In this document: one piece after another, positions 61,601 through 64,000 of the stretch
Numbering within the stretch: position 1 is the stretch's first letter
How the letters are laid out: each line of letters starts with the position of its first letter
Source of the DNA: an uncultured delta proteobacterium
Lineage (GTDB): Bacteria; Myxococcota_A; Polyangia; Polyangiales; Polyangiaceae
Assembly: GCA_963716725.1 (NCBI GenBank)
Contig: CAVQUB010000010.1
Coordinates: 139,873 to 203,872, forward strand
DNA: 64,000 nucleotides
Reading direction: 5' to 3'
Made by a program: the position numbers and the translations under genes
The notes under the pieces: model-generated
Database searches by the model: none
What the model saw: the letters and a program-made list of their open reading frames with translations, nothing else
Told to the model about the DNA's origin: nothing

Positions 61601-62208
61601 GTCAGTTCCGCGAGGACCTCTACTACCGCCTCAGCGGCATCACGCTGGAGGTGCCGGCTCTGCGCGACCGCGTCGCAGATCTGCCGCTGCTCTGCGAGGC
61701 CATCTTGGACCGGGCGGCGCGCGAGCGCGGGGATACGCCGAAGGCCTTGAGCCGGGATGCGCTCGAGCTCCTGGCGCGCCACCGCTGGCCGGGCAACGTC
61801 CGCGAGCTCGAGAACGCGCTTCGCGCTGTCTCGGTGCTGTCCGACGGCGACGTGATCGGCGCGCATGACTTCGTGGAGCACGTGGACGCTCTCAGAAAAG
61901 CCTCACTCGAGCCGCCGCCGTCGCGTCGGCAATCGGGCGAGTCGACTCGCCCTAGCGCCGTGGTGGGAGCCGGGGTGCCGGCGTCCGGTGATCCGGTCAC
62001 TGACGTCGCTTACCGTGAGATCCGTGGCGGCGCGGTGAGCCTCTCGGACTTGAAGCGAAACATCGAGCGCGACTGCATCGAACGCGCTCTCGAGGACGCT
62101 GGTGGGAACATTACTCGCGCCGCGGCGCTTCTAGGAATGAAGCGCCCGCGGCTCAGCCAACTGGTCAAGCAGTACGGATTTCTGGTCAACGGGGCGGAGG
62201 ATCAGTGA
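58677..62208 (+). CDS. Large sigma54-dependent enhancer-binding protein with TPR-like region; apparent frameshift near 60405
   Basis: [47 protein letters not shown], Fis [14 protein letters not shown]. The upstream ORF supplies the helical repeats. The start is uncertain. Confidence 0.88.
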
Positions 62209-62573
62209 TGAGACGGCAACTTTGGATGTGCGTTGCGGCGTCGGCCTTCTTCGGCCTTTCGGGCTGCATGGTCGACAGCGGCGAGCCCACCGGCGAGGAG
62301 CTCGGCGAGGCCGGCGCTGCGCTGGGCGCGGAACCTACGGGCGGGGTCGCCACACCTGCCGGTGATACGGCGGCGGGACGGCCACCGTCAATCGTGAGCG
62401 CGGATGACCCGAGCGGTCCCACGCCCTACCCCTGGCAAAGTTCCGACGACCCGAGCGGCCCCACGCCCTATCCCTGGGATGACGAGGGCGACGATCCCAC
62501 CGAAGATGGCCACACCCAGCCCAGCGACCCGACTTCGGGCAGCACCGCGCACGCCTCGAGCACGAAGAAGTAG
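62205..62573 (+). CDS. Small acidic lipoprotein with duplicated [11 protein letters not shown] motif
   Basis: GTGA overlap with the activator stop, GGAGG RBS, lipobox LSGC, 33-bp repeat units at 62403-62435 and 62445-62477. Confidence 0.75.
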   Translation: MMRRQLWMCVAASAFFGLSGCMVDSGEPTGEELGEAGAALGAEPTGGVATPAGDTAAGRPPSIVSADDPSGPTPYPWQSSDDPSGPTPYPWDDEGDDPTEDGHTQPSDPTSGSTAHASSTKK

Positions 62574-62655
62574 CCTGGATTCGTCGGGTCTGGCGCGCAG
62601 CTTCGGGTGGGGATAGGCACCCCCGCTCTCCGCCTCCGGTGTAGGCTGCCAGCGC

Positions 62656-64000
62656 GTGGATCTACGTACGCGCACCTCGCTGTTCTGCGGCGCACTCGCT
62701 CTGGCGATCGCGGTATCGATTCTGCTTCGCGGGCGCAGGCGGCGCGCGCACCTATTCTTTGCCGCGTTCGCCGCGGACATCGGCCTTTGGTACGTGACTC
62801 AGTGGGCGTACCACTTCGTGCGCTCCGAGGTCTGGGTGCGGTTCACAGCCGTGTTGGCCGTATTGCTGCCGCAGTTTGCGGTGCACCTGTTCGAGGTGCT
62901 GGTACCCCAGCGAGAGAAGCGCTCGACGCTGATTCGAGTCTCGGGCGTCTTGATGATCCCGATGATGGTCCTCGTGCTCTCGCCGGAGCACAAACACGGC
63001 CTCGTGCGGGGCGCCGTCATGCTCTACGTGTTCGGGCTGATCGCGGCCAGCCTCTGGTCGTTGGCCCTTCGCGGCGAGCGCAGCCGGTCGCGGGCGACCC
63101 AGCAACGGGTGCGGTTTCTGGTCGTGGTCGGCGCCCTGGCGGCTGCCTTCACCCTGGCGGACTTCCTCTGGTTCGTCGGCGCGCCTCTGCCTCCAGTCGG
63201 TGCCGTGCTGAGCATCGTGTTCTTGTTCATCCTCTCGGAGTCGATGATCCGTGAGCGACTCGTCGACCTGTACGACATCCTCGGTCGCCTCATGGTCTCG
63301 ACCGCCCTGGCGTTCACCCTCGCCGGCATCTTCTACGTCTTCGTGGTGCTGGTGGGCGGGTTCTCGACCATGTACCTGAACGCGATCCTCGCCGCGATCG
63401 TGCATCCTCGTGCTCTTCGACCCGCTCAGGGACAAAGTCGAGCAGTACATCCACTTCGCGTTCTTTCGCGAACGGGTCGATCTGGACCGGGCCATTGCCA
63501 AGGCGCGCCAAGAGCTCGCGCACGTGCTCGAGACGCGAGAGATGATGCAGGTGGCGCTATCGGCCATCGAAGCCTCTCGAAGGGCGACCGCGTCGGCGCT
63601 CTACCTCCGTGATCCGACGGGGCCCGACTTCGAGCTCGGGCACTCCTTTGGACCGGAACCTCCCCCTCGCATCGACTCGGCAACGGCCCGGCCGCTGCTC
63701 GACCGCCTCGCCGCCTCGCCCTCGGTGGTCCTCGAGATGATTCGGCACGACGCAGCGGAGCGACGGCGCGGCGGGGTGAGCGTGTCGCTCGAAGCGGACG
63801 AGCGCGTGCTGGCCGCAGCGGAGGTGTTGGGCCCCTACAAGCACGGCGTCTGCCTGGCTGTTCGCGGCGAAAGCCAGGCCGTGGTCGGTGTCCTGTTGGT
63901 GGTCGACAATCGAGTCTCCGATGCCTTCAGCAGCGAGGACGTGACGCTGCTCGAAGCGCTGTGCGTGCAGATGTCGGTCGTGATCGAGAACTCGCAGCAG
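62656..64000 (+). CDS. Multi-TM + GAF sensor, probably a histidine kinase; 3'-truncated by the window; apparent frameshift near 63403
   Basis: About 8-9 TM helices, then after the shift ILVLFDPLRDKVEQYI.. and a GAF-like end (GVLLVVD..DAFSSEDVTLLEAL..QMSVVIENS). The kinase core is not in the window. Confidence 0.72.

Overview
GC-rich (about 70%) bacterial chromosome segment, almost certainly from a myxobacterium of the Polyangiales/Sorangiineae type. The evidence is three Ser/Thr kinases, PEGA/TPR proteins, many Cys-rich lipoproteins, MYXO-CTERM-type tails and a sigma54 activator. About 45 genes are supportable. Housekeeping genes include metG, gltX, speA, thymidine phosphorylase, cyoE/ctaB, ccmB, nadD, an aminotransferase and a TatA-family subunit. 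Several genes, including essential ones, carry single-base frameshifts in dense patches, which most likely reflects long-read consensus error. Five features stand out. (1) A 6.8-kb integrase-free island (41904-48729) lies between two 337-bp direct repeats that duplicate the junction of two convergent genes; 7 of their 8 differences are synonymous. Its cargo is a CLCA-like HEXXH-protease/VWA giant protein plus a coupled lipoprotein. (2) A coupled surface-protein operon has two tandem VWA-headed MYXO-CTERM proteins with near-identical Cys/Asp-rich stalks but divergent heads, followed by a Cys-rich FGE-fold lipoprotein. (3) That operon is divergent from a WYL regulator whose leader holds a 9-bp tandem repeat and a perfect palindrome. 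(4) A TPR-sigma54 activator is coupled to a small lipoprotein with a duplicated [11 protein letters not shown] peptide, next to a membrane GAF sensor. (5) TA-N3-T boxes recur 6-9 nt before start codons, suggesting leaderless mRNAs. I recognised no tRNA, rRNA, CRISPR array, transposase, integrase or reverse transcriptase. All family calls come from motif recognition by eye, not database searches.
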